From: Geosiphon pyriformis uo1 | Taxonomy: Eukaryota; Fungi; Glomeromycota | Length of the DNA: 64,000 nucleotides | Direction of reading: 5' to 3' | NCBI GenBank assembly: GCA_016748015.1 | Contig: JAAOMT010000602.1 | Location: forward strand, 447,696-511,695 | Part shown: positions 14,684 through 27,737 of the stretch, in pieces | How the letters are laid out: the number at the start of each line of letters is the position of its first letter | Numbering within the stretch: the first letter of the stretch is position 1 | Made by a program: the position numbers and the translations under genes | Notes under the pieces: generated by a model | What the model saw: the letters and a program-made list of their open reading frames with translations, nothing else | The model's database searches: none | What the model was told of the DNA's origin: nothing

Positions 14684-14745
14684 CTTTTGTTATATTTTTC
14701 ATTGGTATTGTTCTGGTTTTGTTATATTTTTGGGTTGAAATGTTC

Positions 14746-17700
14746 TTAAATTTGTCTCATTCACGACAAACCATTAGCATTTCCATTGTTTTTTCCCTTT
14801 TTATAATTTATAATATAATTATATGGTGCAAGTGCCATTTTCTATTTTGACTGTCTTCTATCTTCCAATTCTTGTTTTTGAAGTGATGTTAGTTCTTTGT
14901 GATCTGTGTATACTTTAAACTTCTGGCTCAAGTATTTTTTCCATTTCATGACTGCCCAGTATATCACTAAGTGTTCTTGTTCTGGTGTTCCATAGTTCTT
15001 TTTGGCTGGTATTAGACCTTAGCTGGCATATGCTACTAGATGTTCTCTGCCATCTGGTCCCTTCTGAGATAGTACTGCTCCCAATGTTTGGCCGAATACA
15101 TCAGTAGTGATAATGAATAGTTTGCTGTGATCTGGATAGATCAGTACTGGAGCTTGAATGAGCTTTCTTTTCAGAATATCAAAAGCTTCTTGTTGATTTT
15201 CTGTCCATTCATATTTTGTATTCTTGGTTTGCAGTTGGTTGAGTGGCTGCACTATCTTGGAAAAGTTCTTGATAAAATGTCAGTAGTAGCTGGCAAATCC
15301 CAAGAATGATTTTAGTTCTGTCATATTGGTCAGCACTGGAAAGTTTTTTACTATCTCTATTTTTTCTGGATCCATTTTGATACCATCTTTGCTAACTATG
15401 TGTCCTAAGAATTTTAGTTCTGTCTTGCCAAAGAAGCACTTTGTTGCATTTAACTTTAGTCCTGCTCTTCTTAGTCTTTTGAACACTTGTTGAAGATAAT
15501 GAAGATAATCATCAAATGTTTTTGAGAATACATTAGTGTTGTCTAAGTATACAACTACTGATTTCCATAATAAGCCAGTATAAACAATTTCCATTAGCCA
15601 TTGGAAAGTTGCTGGAGCATTGGTTAAGCTGAAGAGCATTACTTTAAATTTTAAATTCTCTTCCCTTGTGGTAAATGCTGTTTTCTCTTTGTCAGCTGGA
15701 TCCATGCCAGTAACCACTGTCCAGGTCTAATGTTGAAAACCATTTGTTTTCACTAAAAGCATTAAATAATTCTTGGATCTGTGGAGTGGGGTAGCTATCT
15801 CCATAAGTTACTTCATTGAGTTTTCTATAATCTACATAAAAGCAAATTTTCCCATTCTTTCTCCAGACGAGTACCACTGGTAATGACCATGGGCTCATTG
15901 ATGGCTGAATTAGCCCATTGTTAAGCATTCGGTTTATCTCTTGACAGATAATCTTGTGGCTAGCTGGTGGTACTCTGTATGCTCTTTGTTTAATTGGCAT
16001 TGCATCTTCAGTCTTGATCTAATGCTGAATGATGTCAGTTCAGCCAAACTTGTTTTCGCTGGCAAAGATGTTATTGAAATTGTTGAGCAACATCTTAAGT
16101 TGTATACATTGGAGTGGATCTAAGTTTTTCATGTTCATTTGTTCCAACTGTTCTGGTTGGAGCAAATAACATTTGCTTCGTTCATATATCATTTGTGATG
16201 TAATATTGACATATCCACAAAGCTGTGGAAAGTCTGGAATGGTGCTTAGTGGTTAATCCTTTATTTTTGTAGTCAAATATCTGATGATAGTTTCTTCCAA
16301 TATATTGACAATATTTCCGGTGTTGTTGTAGATGGGAATTTTGATGTGGTTATAGTTCTTGGCTGGTATGTGGAGATTGATAAGTCCAACTTCTTCTGAT
16401 TCACAAAGACTTGTTTCTGCTTCAAAAATTTGTGCTTGGTCTTTTACCTCTTTCTCTATTGTTATTATGTACTAGTCATATAGTAGAATAGAAATTGCTT
16501 GACTGGTTGAGATAATTTTTCCTTGGCCAACAATTTCTTCTTCTGCCATATTGACTGGCACATCTATTCTACCTGTTGATCTGAATCTCTGTATTCCTCT
16601 TGCTGTTATTCCTAATTCCTCCCTTTTTCTCACTGATACTAACTGAGCTACTCTAACCAGAGGCAGAAATATTGCCTGTGCTATCTTTTTGTTGGGCTCT
16701 ATTATATAGGCCTTTTCTGAGTCATTTTGTAGCATAGTAATAATATTTCCTACATATTCTGCATCAATTATTCCTCCTCTTATATTAATCTCTCTTTTTG
16801 CTAAACTACTCCTAAATGCTAATTGAACTATTGTTGTTGCTGAAATTTTTAGTGCTACTTTCAGATCAATGCAGGTGCGTGAATGTGGTTCCAATTTGAT
16901 GGTCTCTTTTTCTGAATACCTCAGATCAAACCTGGCATCAGTATCATGCGCACATTCAGGCATGATACCCTCATTATTATTGCTGAACCATTTTAGTTCC
17001 AATTCTCTGGTGAAATCAGGGATTGTGATATATTGTTTGTATTTTGTATCGGAGTTTGAATCTGAGTTGAAATAAGTATCATTATTGTTGCCATATTGAA
17101 TGGACCTCAAACCAGTGTTTTTGTCATCATCATTGTCGGAGTTTGAATCGGAATTAAACAGTGATCCTGATTCCAATGTGCAGCTGCTGATTGGTTCCTC
17201 TTCTTCTGAGATTGTGTAGATTATGCAGATTGATGGATTGTAAATGAGGTCACACTCATTACAATATTGAAAGTCACATAGGATCAAACAGTGGTCACAT
17301 AATTGAGTGTTTAGCTGTGCTAACCACTCTTTTTGTTCTTCTCTTGTGGGTGCTAGTTGTTGGTAGTGTTTGTGAAATTTCTCAGGATCATCCTCAACAT
17401 TGCCAAAAACGTTGAATGTTGCAACATATTCTGGCTCTGAGAGGAATAACAAATTGGTTTTGATTTCTCACAACTTACTGGCTGTAGTTCCTTCTGCTAT
17501 TGCATATGTTATTCTCCAAATCTCATGTTTGTCATGTAAGTAGCCTTCTAAATGTCTTAAGGCTCATTTTCATGTGTCATCAATTGAGGTCCCTTTTCGT
17601 ATTTAATCATTTATTAGGATTGTGTACTGGCATGTTTCATCGCATGTTCCTTCTCACTCTGGAATGTTATTCCATATTTCTTCATCCAAAAGCATTTCTT

Positions 17701-20700
17701 CGCATGCTAGGCATGGCGTATTGTCCCATTTTCCTATTTTTAGTGGTCAGCCATCACATTCAATGACACATGGGTGACAATAGTATCGTGTTGCTGTCTA
17801 CCAGTTTTCATTGTTGCCACAACATGCACCCATTGTTGACAATTTCTTGCTACAAGTGACACATTCGAGTTTAGGTCAACAGTAGGTGGCCTGAAGTTGT
17901 GTAGAATATAGGACATATGTAGGGGTGGTAGATTGTGCTGGCTCTTCTTCTTGTTCCTTCCCTTTTTTTTTTTCTTCCCAAGTCTATTCTGTGGTTGGTT
18001 TACTTTGGCTGTCATCACTTCAAGATCCCTGATTTGTTCCTTAGGTAAGTTTTTCTTCCTCTTTCTTTTTCTTTTTGTCGTTCCATAAGAGTATGGGCAG
18101 TAGTTTATTGTGGTCATCTTCAGTTCAAAAAACTTGGTATGCTTCCCAGGTAGGCTTCTTTTCTTCTTCCTCCAGCTTGATCAATGGTTCCTTTCTTGAA
18201 AGAGCTTTGAAATGGCCATACGTGGCTGGTGCTTGAACGTGTTGGTCATTCTGGCTGAGCTGAAGCTTCTGTATTGTTCAGTCAAGTACAGCATTGGTTT
18301 TTGATAACCAGTCATTCCCAACTAAAGCTTGGTACTGAGTGGCTTTCATTACCAAGATTTTAATCAGTGTGACGAAACCATTAATTTCAAATGGGAAATT
18401 ATCAATCTCACCAATAGGTGTTTTGGTGGTGCCATTAGCAGTAATGATGTGTGTACTGGCAGCACAATCAACTCGGCAACCTAATTGGTCCATGAGCTGT
18501 TTTGTGATAATGCTGTCAGCTGATCCACTATCTAGGATGAGTTTGATGGGATGACCATTAACTCTGGCATTTGTGTATATCACTGTGATAGGTTTCTCTT
18601 TGAGAATGGCTCTACTAAATAATGATACTGGTGTGGTTTCTTTGAGTTCGAAAAGAAAGATAGCTGCTAGGAATTCATTGTTGAAGATAATTGCTGGTAG
18701 AATCGTGTTGGTAAGTAATTGCTGATTAGATTCTGGTTTGTTGAATGTGGTGTCTTCTGGGGTAACCAGAAGACTTAAATAGTGTTGGGAATTTGGGTTT
18801 TGGGCATGACCAGTATCCAAATTCTATGGGCGTGATCCTGATTGTGGGTTTAATGAACTGGGGACTGGTTGGTAAACAACCATTGCTGATCTCTAGTTTT
18901 GAGTGACTCTGGATTGTAGATTGCCTGATGTCATTTGAGCTGGGTTCTGGGGCAGTGTTTGAATTGGTTGGGGTTGATAGATAATTTGTGGCTGTGGTTG
19001 ATATATTACTTGTGGCTGTGGTTAATAAATCGGGATTTGATATACTGGTATAGGTGTTTGATACATTGGCTGCATCACTGGCAGGTAAGTAGGTTGATAT
19101 TGTTCCTGATTTTGTTGATATCTCAGAGTTTGAAATTGGCGATTGGGGTTTTTATATTGATTTCCCGATCGCGAATGGTTATAAGCATTGCAGTTTGCTC
19201 TGATGTGCCCTTGTTTACCACAGTTGTGACAGACATGCATCTCTGGCTGCCACTGCTAATTGGCCAATGTTGAAGGATGTGCTTGATTTTGGGAATGATT
19301 GTAGTTTTCTGGATTGCTGCATCGTTGAGACGGTTGATAAATTGTGCAATTGTCAGCTAAGTATCCTTTCAATTTCTGATTAATTAAATTACTGAATTGT
19401 TTCAATTTGGAGTCCAATTCAGATGATTCATTCATTACTAGGTTGACAGCTTGGGCGTGGTTAGCTTTGAGTTCTGCAGCTTCAAAATCTCTAGTGTGTG
19501 TAATTGTGGTTGGTAGGTTGGCTGGGTGCATTGGGCATACCTGTTGGAGGATGCTGCTGCGCAATCCTCTGATAAACTGATTTAAAATTTGTGGTGCTGT
19601 GAAGTAGTTAGCTTCAATGGCCTGAATCTAACACAGATTTTTATGGAAGCATCCCAGGTAAGTGGTGACTGCTTTAGTGTCTCCTTGTTTAATGGTGTTG
19701 AAGGTGTTGGCTAATCTGTTGATGCTATTATTATTGCTGAAATATCTTAGAAACTCGGTTTTAAACTGTTGAAATGTCTGTGGTGGGGCGACTAAACTCT
19801 GATACCATGCATCTGCGGTATCCTGGAAAAAATAGGGGATCGCTTGAAGGGCTCTAGTGTTGTCCCAATTATTGGCGACAATTGCTTTGGCAATGTTGTT
19901 TATCCATGTTTGTGTATCATTTTCATTGCCAGTAAATTTTTCAAGTTTGGCTATAGGTGTGTATGCCATTTGTTGCTGCACAGGTTGTTGAAATTGTTGT
20001 GGCAGTGGTTGAAATGGCTGTTGGGCAGGTTGCTGAAGAGGCAGTTAATTTGGTTGATATGGCTATTGGATAAGTTGGTATATAGGTTCAGCTATTGGAT
20101 CAATTGGTAATTGATCGATAACAATATTCAGAGATAAGTTATTCTGATTAATTTGTTCGGGGTTTTGCAGTGTTTGAATATTCGGAGTTGTATTTTCTGA
20201 ATTTTCTAAATTTGGGTTTATCGGGATTTCAAATTCCGAGTTTTCTGAGATTGGGTTTTGGTAGATGAATCTTTAATCCTCACTTTCTTTCTCTTTTTCT
20301 TCTGATAATTCCAATGGAGTAGCAGCTCCGAAATCTGGTTGGAGTATTGGTAATTGAATTTCTGATGACATTGAGGATCATGATTTAAATCCTTCAAAAT
20401 ATGCTCCATATAGTCCTAGTAAGTCTTTTTTCCGTTGTTTGCTTTGGAACTGAAATCTTCCAAATGTTGATGTTGCGTTTGAGGTAGATGCATCTGCTGA
20501 TAAAATGTTGATGGTGCTTTCAAGTGTGTAGTGATATGATGGAGCAGTTGGTGATTCTACTCTGTGTTTTTTCCAACTAGATAACTGTATTCCTTTTGGT
20601 GTTGCTGCTGGTGTTTGTATTTTTCCTTTATCTTTGTCTGCATAGGTAATGGAAAATTGTTGTTGCATGTATCTTTCAATGGTTTGATTGATTTCCCTGA

Positions 20701-20950
20701 TGATTGGGGCAAAACTGTGATTTCTTGGTAAGCTGGTGTGTTGAAATAAATCTGTATAGAAATTTTCTCTTACTGACTCGATATTAATGGTTTCTTCTAA
20801 ACAGTCTGTGATTTTATCATTGACGTAATAGTTAAAGGCTGATTCAGCTGGGTAGTGATTACTGTTTAATCCTAATTGTTGTCTGTATTGTTGAAACAAG
20901 GATTTTGCGAATCCTAAGTGGTTGGCTCCTATAATTTCTGATTCTGCCAC
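14746..20950 (-). pseudogene. gag-PR-Cys-rich domain-dUTPase-RT-RNase H of element C
   Basis: Gag capsid (KFTGNEND...W), CCHC knuckle CHNCGKQGHIRANC, LILDSGSAD protease, dUTPase (AHDTDARFDL, RSSLAK, GGIIDAEY), RT and RH motifs. Confidence 0.9.
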
Positions 20951-20992
20951 GTTTGGATGGTATTGTTGGTGCTGGTTTTTTGTAAGATTATA

Positions 20993-21011
20993 CCTTACAA
21001 AGAGCACCAAA
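20993..21011 (-). promoter_or_regulatory. Primer-binding site of element C
   Basis: TT-TGGTGCTCTTTGTAAGG directly after the 5' LTR; TGG complements tRNA CCA; A has TGGTGCTCTCTGTAAGG. Confidence 0.8.
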
Positions 21012-21923
21012 TGTTACAAGTGATTCTTTGGGGTGTTGAGTGAATAACAAACCCATAACTTGGTGCTCAAAGTGATTGGTAACAATGATAATCTGAAGGT
21101 TTTCCAATTGAGTTTTTTGTATAATGAACAGAGATTCACTGGTAACAGTTTATCAGTAGTTTTCTAAAACCATAGTTTCGTTGATTACTTGCTCAGCTTA
21201 ATGGTTGATGATTCTCCTGGTATGATATTCTCCATAAGTGTATACTAGTGCTGTTTCCTGACGTTAGTTCCTCCGTAAGTCCTCCAAGAGTAAGTATTGT
21301 TTAAGCAAGTTTATTCTTCCATAAGTCCTCCAAGAGTAAGTATTGTTTAAGTAAGTTTTATTCCTTCATAAGTCCTCCAAAAGTAAATCCTTTAATCAAG
21401 TTAGTAGACAACAAAGAAAATAAAGAAAAAATAAAAGAAAAAATAAGAAATAAGCCAAGACAATTTGCAAGTTAGTATCCCATCAATAGCTGTGATCAAG
21501 AGCTATTGTTCTAGTATGGTTAAGTATCAGTTACTATCAACATGAAGTGTTGATAGTGAAGAATGAATTTAATATAGTGAATAATTATTTATTTGAGAAT
21601 TGTGATAACTAAGCTAAGGATTCTTGGTGTCAATTCTCTCTTTTTCTGCTTCTAATACTACTGCTATATACATATTTGAGATTCCTCAATTCTTCAATTT
21701 CTTGCAACAGAAATCCTGGAATTTCTGGAATCCTGCGATTCCTGATGAAAGAAATCCTGGAATTTTGGAATCCTGCGATTCCTTGCTGGAAAATTCTGAA
21801 ATTCCTGGAATTCTGCAATTCTTCTAAGAGGAATCCTGGAATTCTATATTTACTATGTCTACTTCTGATTGGCTAATATCTACTTGCTAATAATAATATA
21901 CTTCTTATATTCTATAAGTAATA
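21012..21923 (-). repeat. 5' LTR of the B/C composite
   Basis: Same family as the other two LTRs; diagnostic sites match 3498-4383 better than 11686-12604. Confidence 0.92.
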
Positions 21924-21927
21924 ACAC

Positions 21928-24900
21928 AAAAGCAGATTTTCCCATTTTTTTTATGGACTAGTACTACTGGTGATAACCATAGGCTCATTGATAGCTGAAT
22001 TAGTCCATTGTTAAGCATCCAATTGATTTCTTGATGAATGATCTCATGGCTGGCTGGTAGTACTTTGTATGCTCTTTGTTTAATTGGCATTGTATCCTCA
22101 GTCTTGATTTAATGCTAGATTATATCAGTTCTGCTAAATTTATTTTTGCTTGCAAAGATATTGTTGAAGTTGTTGAGTAACATTTTAAGCTGCATATGTT
22201 GTAGTAAGTCTAGATTTCTCAAGTTTATCTGTTTCAATTGTTCTAATTGAAGCAGATAACATTCTTTTTGTCCATATATGGTTTGAGATGTAATATCTAC
22301 ATATCTACACAGTTGTAGAAAGTCTGGAATGGTGTTTGGCAGTTGGTCCTTAATTTTGGTGATTAAGTATCTAATGGTGGTTCCTTTTGGTATCTCAATG
22401 ATATTTCCCATGTTGTTATAAATGAGAATTTTGATGTGTCTGTGGTTTTTTGCTGGTATGTATAGATTGACTAATCCAATCTTTTCTGATTTACAAAGTG
22501 TTGTTTCTGTCTCAAAAATTTGTATCTAATCCTTTACTTTTCTCTTTATAGTTACTATATACTGGTCATATGATGGAATGAAGATTGATTGACAGGTAGA
22601 GATAATTTTTCTTTTGTCAACAATTTTTTCCTCTGCTATATTAACTGGTATATCTATTCTACTTATAGATCTGAAACTCTATATTCCTTTAGCTGTAATC
22701 TCTAATTTTTCCCTGTTTTTTACTGATACTAATTAAGCTATTTTAACCAAAGACAGGAATATTGCCTGTGCTATCTTTTTATTTGGCTCTATAATATAGG
22801 TCTTTTCTGAGTTATTTTGTAGTATTGCAATAATATTTCCTATATATTCTACATCAATTATTCCTCTTTTGATGTTTATTTTCATTTTTGCTAGACTACT
22901 CCTGGATGCTAATTGAACCATTATTGTTGCTGAAATTTCCAGTGCTATTTTTAAATTGATGCAAGTGTATGAATGTGGTTCCAATTTGATGGTGTCTTTT
23001 CTTGGATATCTTAGATTAAACCCTGTATTGGTATTATGCACTTGTTCTGACATAATATCTTCATCATTATTACTAAACCATTTAAGTTTCTGTTCCTTGA
23101 TAAGATTAAGGAATGCAATGTATATTTTGGGGTTTAAATCAGAGTCTGAATTATTGTTATTTTTATTGCCATATGAAGCAGAGCTGGAACTATTGTTTTT
23201 GTCATTGTTATTGTCAGAGTTTGAATTGGAATTGAAAATTGATTCTGATTCCAATGTGCAGTTGCTGATTGGTTCTTCTTCTTCTGGAATTATGTAGATC
23301 ATGCGTGATAGTAGATTGTAAATAAGATCACATTTATTACAGTATTTAAAGTCACATGGGATCAAACAATGGTCACATAATTGGGTGTTTATTTCTTTCA
23401 AATACTGTTTCTGCTCTTCTCTTGTTGGTGCCAAATTTTGATAGTGCTCATGAAACTTCTCTGGACTTGTCTCTATGTCGAAAAAAGCATCTGAGTTTGG
23501 GATGAGAATAATGTTAACTGGTTCTGGAGGATTATTTTTAATTTTCAAGATTTTACTAGGCATGGCTCTTTCAACTTTGGCAGTCATTATTTTTCAGATC
23601 TTGTCTTTATCATGTGGGTAATCATCTAAGTAAGTTATTGCTTGGTGCCAGACTGCAGTAATGTGAGTGTCATGACTGACCCAGTCACTTATTAGAATTA
23701 TGTACTGGCACGAAGTGTTGTACATTTCTTCTTGTTCAAAAATGTCATTTCATATTTCTTTATTGAGCAATTGTTCTCCACAAATAAGACATGGTTCATT
23801 GTTCCACTTGCCTTGTCATTTTGGATAGCCATACTATTCTCTGTGGCATGGCTTGCAGTAATAGTGAGTTTGCATTTAATAGTTTTCATTGGGTGGGATC
23901 CAAGCTTTCATGGAAGAAAGTTTTTTTTTACAGTTCTTGTATTTAAGAGGTAGATATAACAGCTCCTTTATTAGCTCATGTGAGTACTCTCTTTCCCAGC
24001 TGCTAGTTATTTCTTCTGTAGTGGTGTTCTCTTCTGATGTATCCTCTTCCTTTCTTTTCTTTTTGTCATCTCAGAAAAGTACTGGTGGTAACTCATTGTG
24101 TTTAGTGTTGACTCAGAAAATTTGGTAAGCTTTCCAGATAGGTTTTTTTTCTTCCTCCTTTAATTTAATGAATGGTTTGTCATTGATAGTGGTCTTGAAA
24201 TAACCACAGGTGGCTAGCACACATGTGTGATGGCCATTTTGACTGAGCTATAGTTCTAGTCAAGCACTGCATTGGTTTTAAACAGTCAGTCATTTCCAAC
24301 AAGAGCTTGGTATTGAGTTGCTTCCATTACCAATACCTTAATTGGTATTATGATGCCATTGACTTCAAATGGGAAGTTATCTATTTCACCAATTGGAGTC
24401 TTCATTGTCCTATTGGCTGTAATTATTCATGTACTGGCAGTGTGATCAACTCGGCAACTTAATTAGTCTATGAGTTGTCATGTAATGATGCTGCCAGCTA
24501 ATTCACTGTCTAAGATTAGTTTAATGTGCTGCCCATCAACTTTAGCATTTGTATACATTGCAGTGATGGGTTTTGATTCTAGAGTAACTCCACTAAATAG
24601 CAGCATTTTAACTAGTTTCTCAAGTTCAAAAGAGAAAATAGTGGTAAGTGATTCATTCTCAATAATGGTTGTTGGTAGAATATTGTTGGTAAGTGGCTGC
24701 TTTTGTTTGGTTTCCAAGTTGTGAGATGTGGCATCTTTTGGAGTTATCAGGAGACTTAAATAGTTCTGGAAACTCAGGTTTTGGGTATACTTAGTTCCTG
24801 AACTTTATTGGTGTGATCCTAATGGTTGAGTTGATAAACTGAAGATCAGTTAATGGACTACTATTGCCAATCTTCAGCTTTGTTGTGTCATTCTTGGCCT

Positions 24901-26859
24901 TTGGATTCCATTTTGAGGTAAGTTTTGTGGTGGTGTTTGAATTTGTTGTGGCTGATATAGTATTTGGAACTGCAGTTAATAGATAAGTTGTGGCTATGGC
25001 TAATAAATTATGGGCATTGTTGGTTAATAAATTGAAGCTTGATATACTGGTAGTTGATAAATTGGCTGTTGTATTATTTGGGTATAATAAGGTGAGTATT
25101 AATCCTGATTTGGATATTAATTCGGGATTTGAAATCATTAATTGGGGTTTTGATATTAACTTCCCAATCATGAGTTATTATTATAGGAATGACAGTCAAT
25201 TCTCAAATAGTCTTGTTTACCACAATTGTGACAGATATGTGTCTCTTGCTGTCATGGCTGATTAGGTGATAATAAAAGATACAACTGATTTTGAGAGCAA
25301 TTTATGTTTCCAGGATTATTGCATCTTTAAGGTGGCTAATAAATTGCACAATTGTTAACTAAGTATCTTTCTAATTTCTGATTAATTGAATCATTGAGTT
25401 GTTTCAATTTGGAATCCAAGTCAGATGATCCATTCATGACTAGGTTTATGGCTTGGGCATAGTTAGTTTCTAATTCAGCTGACTTAAAGTCTCTGGCCTA
25501 TATAACTGCATCTTGAAGTATTGCTGAATGTAATAGTTGTACACATTAAAAAAGGCTACTGTACAGGCTACAGATAAACTGGTTCAGAATCTGTAGCACT
25601 GTAAAATAGTCAGCTTGGATTGCTTGAATTTGGTGTAAGTTTCTGTAAAAGTGTCTCAAGTAAGTAATAACTGCTTCAGTTTCTTTTTGTTTAATTGTGG
25701 TGAAGATGTTGGCTAGACAATTAATACTGTTATTATTACTGAAATATCCCAAAAATGCAATTTTAAATTCCTGAAATGTTTGAGATTTGGTGGCTAAACT
25801 TTAATACCATGAGTCAGCAGTATCTTGAAAAAAATAGAGGATTGCTTGAAGGGCTCTGTTGTCATTCCATCTATTAACTGCAATTGTTTTTTCTATGTCG
25901 TTGAGCCATATTTGAGTGTTATTCTTTTTACCAGTAAATTTTTCTATTTTTGCAATTAAAGCATAGGCTATTTGTTGTTGTGGTTGTTGTTGTAGTTGCT
26001 GCTGGAATTATTGTTGAGATAGCAGTTGTGACTGTTGTTGCTGTTTGGTGATTGGTGAAATGAGTGGTAGATTAATCTCAATTATTGGAGGTAAGTTTTG
26101 CTGATTAATTGGGTTGGAGTTTGGATTGTTCTGATTTTCCAGAGTTTGATTTTTTGAATTTTGTTGGATCAGGTTTTGCTTGCTAATTTCTTGATCACTA
26201 CTTTCCTTTTCCTCAAAGTCAGTTATTTTTCAAGGACTAACAGCTCCGAAATCTGGTTGTGGTGGTAATTGAATTCTTAATGACATTGGAGATCATGATT
26301 TACATTCCTCAAAATAATTGCTGTATGTTCCTAATAACTTTGCTTTCTTTTGTTTACTTTGAAACAGGATTTTATTCAGTGGTGTTGTTGTGTTTGCTGT
26401 AGCTGTACTTATTATATTAATGGTACTTCTGAGTGTATAGTAATATGATGAATTAGCAGGTAAATCAAATCTTTGTTTCTTCCAAGTGAGTAGTTGGATT
26501 GGTTTTGGTGTTCCAGCTGATGTTTGTAATCTTCCTTTTCTTTTGTCAGCAAAGGTAATAGATAATTTTTGCTTGGTGTATTTTTCAATTTTCTTGTTTA
26601 TTTCTGTGATTAGGGATGCAAATAAATAGTTTTGTGAAAAAGTGGTGCTTTGTAATAGTTTACTGAAGAAATTGTTGAAGGTAGATTCTGGATCTTCTTG
26701 GCCTTCTAAATAATAGACTATTCTTTTGTTGACATAACAGTTAAAAGCTAATTCTGTTGGCCAACTATTATTTGTTAATCTAAAATGAGTGTGATAGTAT
26801 TGGAATAAGAATTTTGCGAATTTCAAGTGGTTTGTCTCTGTTTTTTCGGATTCTGCTAT
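21928..26859 (-). pseudogene. gag-PR-Cys-rich domain-dUTPase-RT start of element A
   Basis: ORFs 26293-26826 (gag), 24478-24717 (LILDSEL), 22733-23587 (LCDHCLIPC, TGFNL, SRSSLAK, IIDVEY) and 21905-22090 (PIKQRAY). Confidence 0.88.
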
Positions 26860-26924
26860 TGTTTTGGATGGTTGTTTGTTGATGCTGGTTCTCTGTTAGA
26901 TTATACCTTACAGAGAGCACCAAA

Positions 26925-27737
26925 TGTTACAAGTGATTATTTGAGGTCTTAAGGCAAATAACAAACCCATAACTTGGTGCTTAATTGATATAATAGTGTT
27001 GGCAATTTCTGAAAATGTGGTTTTTGAAGATTTTGATTAAGTCTTTTGTATAATAAACAGAGATTCAATTGATAGTTTTATCCATAGCTTTCCAAAACTA
27101 CAGTTTTATTAATTTTTTTCTCAGCATAATGGCCAGTAATCTTTTTGGTAAAATATCCTTAATTCCGAGTGTTTACCCTTATTTCTGAGTCTTTTACCAG
27201 TACTATATCCTGATGTCAGTACCTCCATGTGTAAATCTTTTAATTAAGTTAACAAACAACAAAGAAAATAAAACAAGAAAAGAAAAATAAGAAATAAGCC
27301 AAGATGATTTGCACATTAGTATCCTGTCAATAGCCATAATCAAGAGCTATTGTTTCAGTGTGGTTAAGTATCAGCAACTATCAACATAAATTGTTGATAG
27401 TGGAGAGTAGATTGAGATGATAAATAATTATTTATTGATATTTGTAATGTGGAAGGTTGCTTAGATTAAATTTAAACTAGAAGATCTGTTTTTTTTTCTT
27501 TTAATACTACCACTATATATACATAATTGATGTTCTACAAGATCACTTACATTTCTGAGTGATGTGCTATGATTTTTTAAGCAATGTGTTTTAATTTTTA
27601 ATATTGCTCCATATTGTTAAGCAATGTGCTGTGATTTCTGATATTGCTTTATATTATTAGACAATATGCTTACATATTAACTACTATTCTCCTATTGGTC
27701 TACTATTTTCTATATCTGTTTTTTTTTATAAATAACA
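26925..27737 (-). repeat. 5' LTR of element A
   Basis: TGTTAC at 26925 and ATAACA at 27737; PBS adjacent; matches 1-279. Confidence 0.88.

Larger units (their letters stand above)
3498..21923 (-). mobile_element. Three-LTR composite of Ty3/Gypsy elements B (3498-11685, gag-truncated) and C (11686-21923), inserted in the RT of A
   Basis: LTRs at 3498-4383, 11686-12604 and 21012-21923. The 4-bp TSD ACAT (3494-3497) / ACAC (21924-21927) restores A's TTT TGT GTG AAT codons. Confidence 0.9.
1..27737 (-). mobile_element. Ty3/Gypsy LTR retrotransposon A (decayed; 3' LTR runs off the window; interrupted by the B/C composite at 3498-21923)
   Basis: Matching LTRs at 1-279 and 26925-27737, PPT at 280-296, PBS at 26906-26924. 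The RT motif KICFC|VNYQKLN is split across 21928 and 3497. Domain order is gag-PR-dUTPase-RT-RH-IN. Confidence 0.9.

Noticed and set aside
1017-25265. Many hydrophobic plus-strand ORFs (e.g. 10576-11142, 13542-13883)
   Set aside because: These are antisense shadows of A-rich retroelement coding strands, with no independent motifs.
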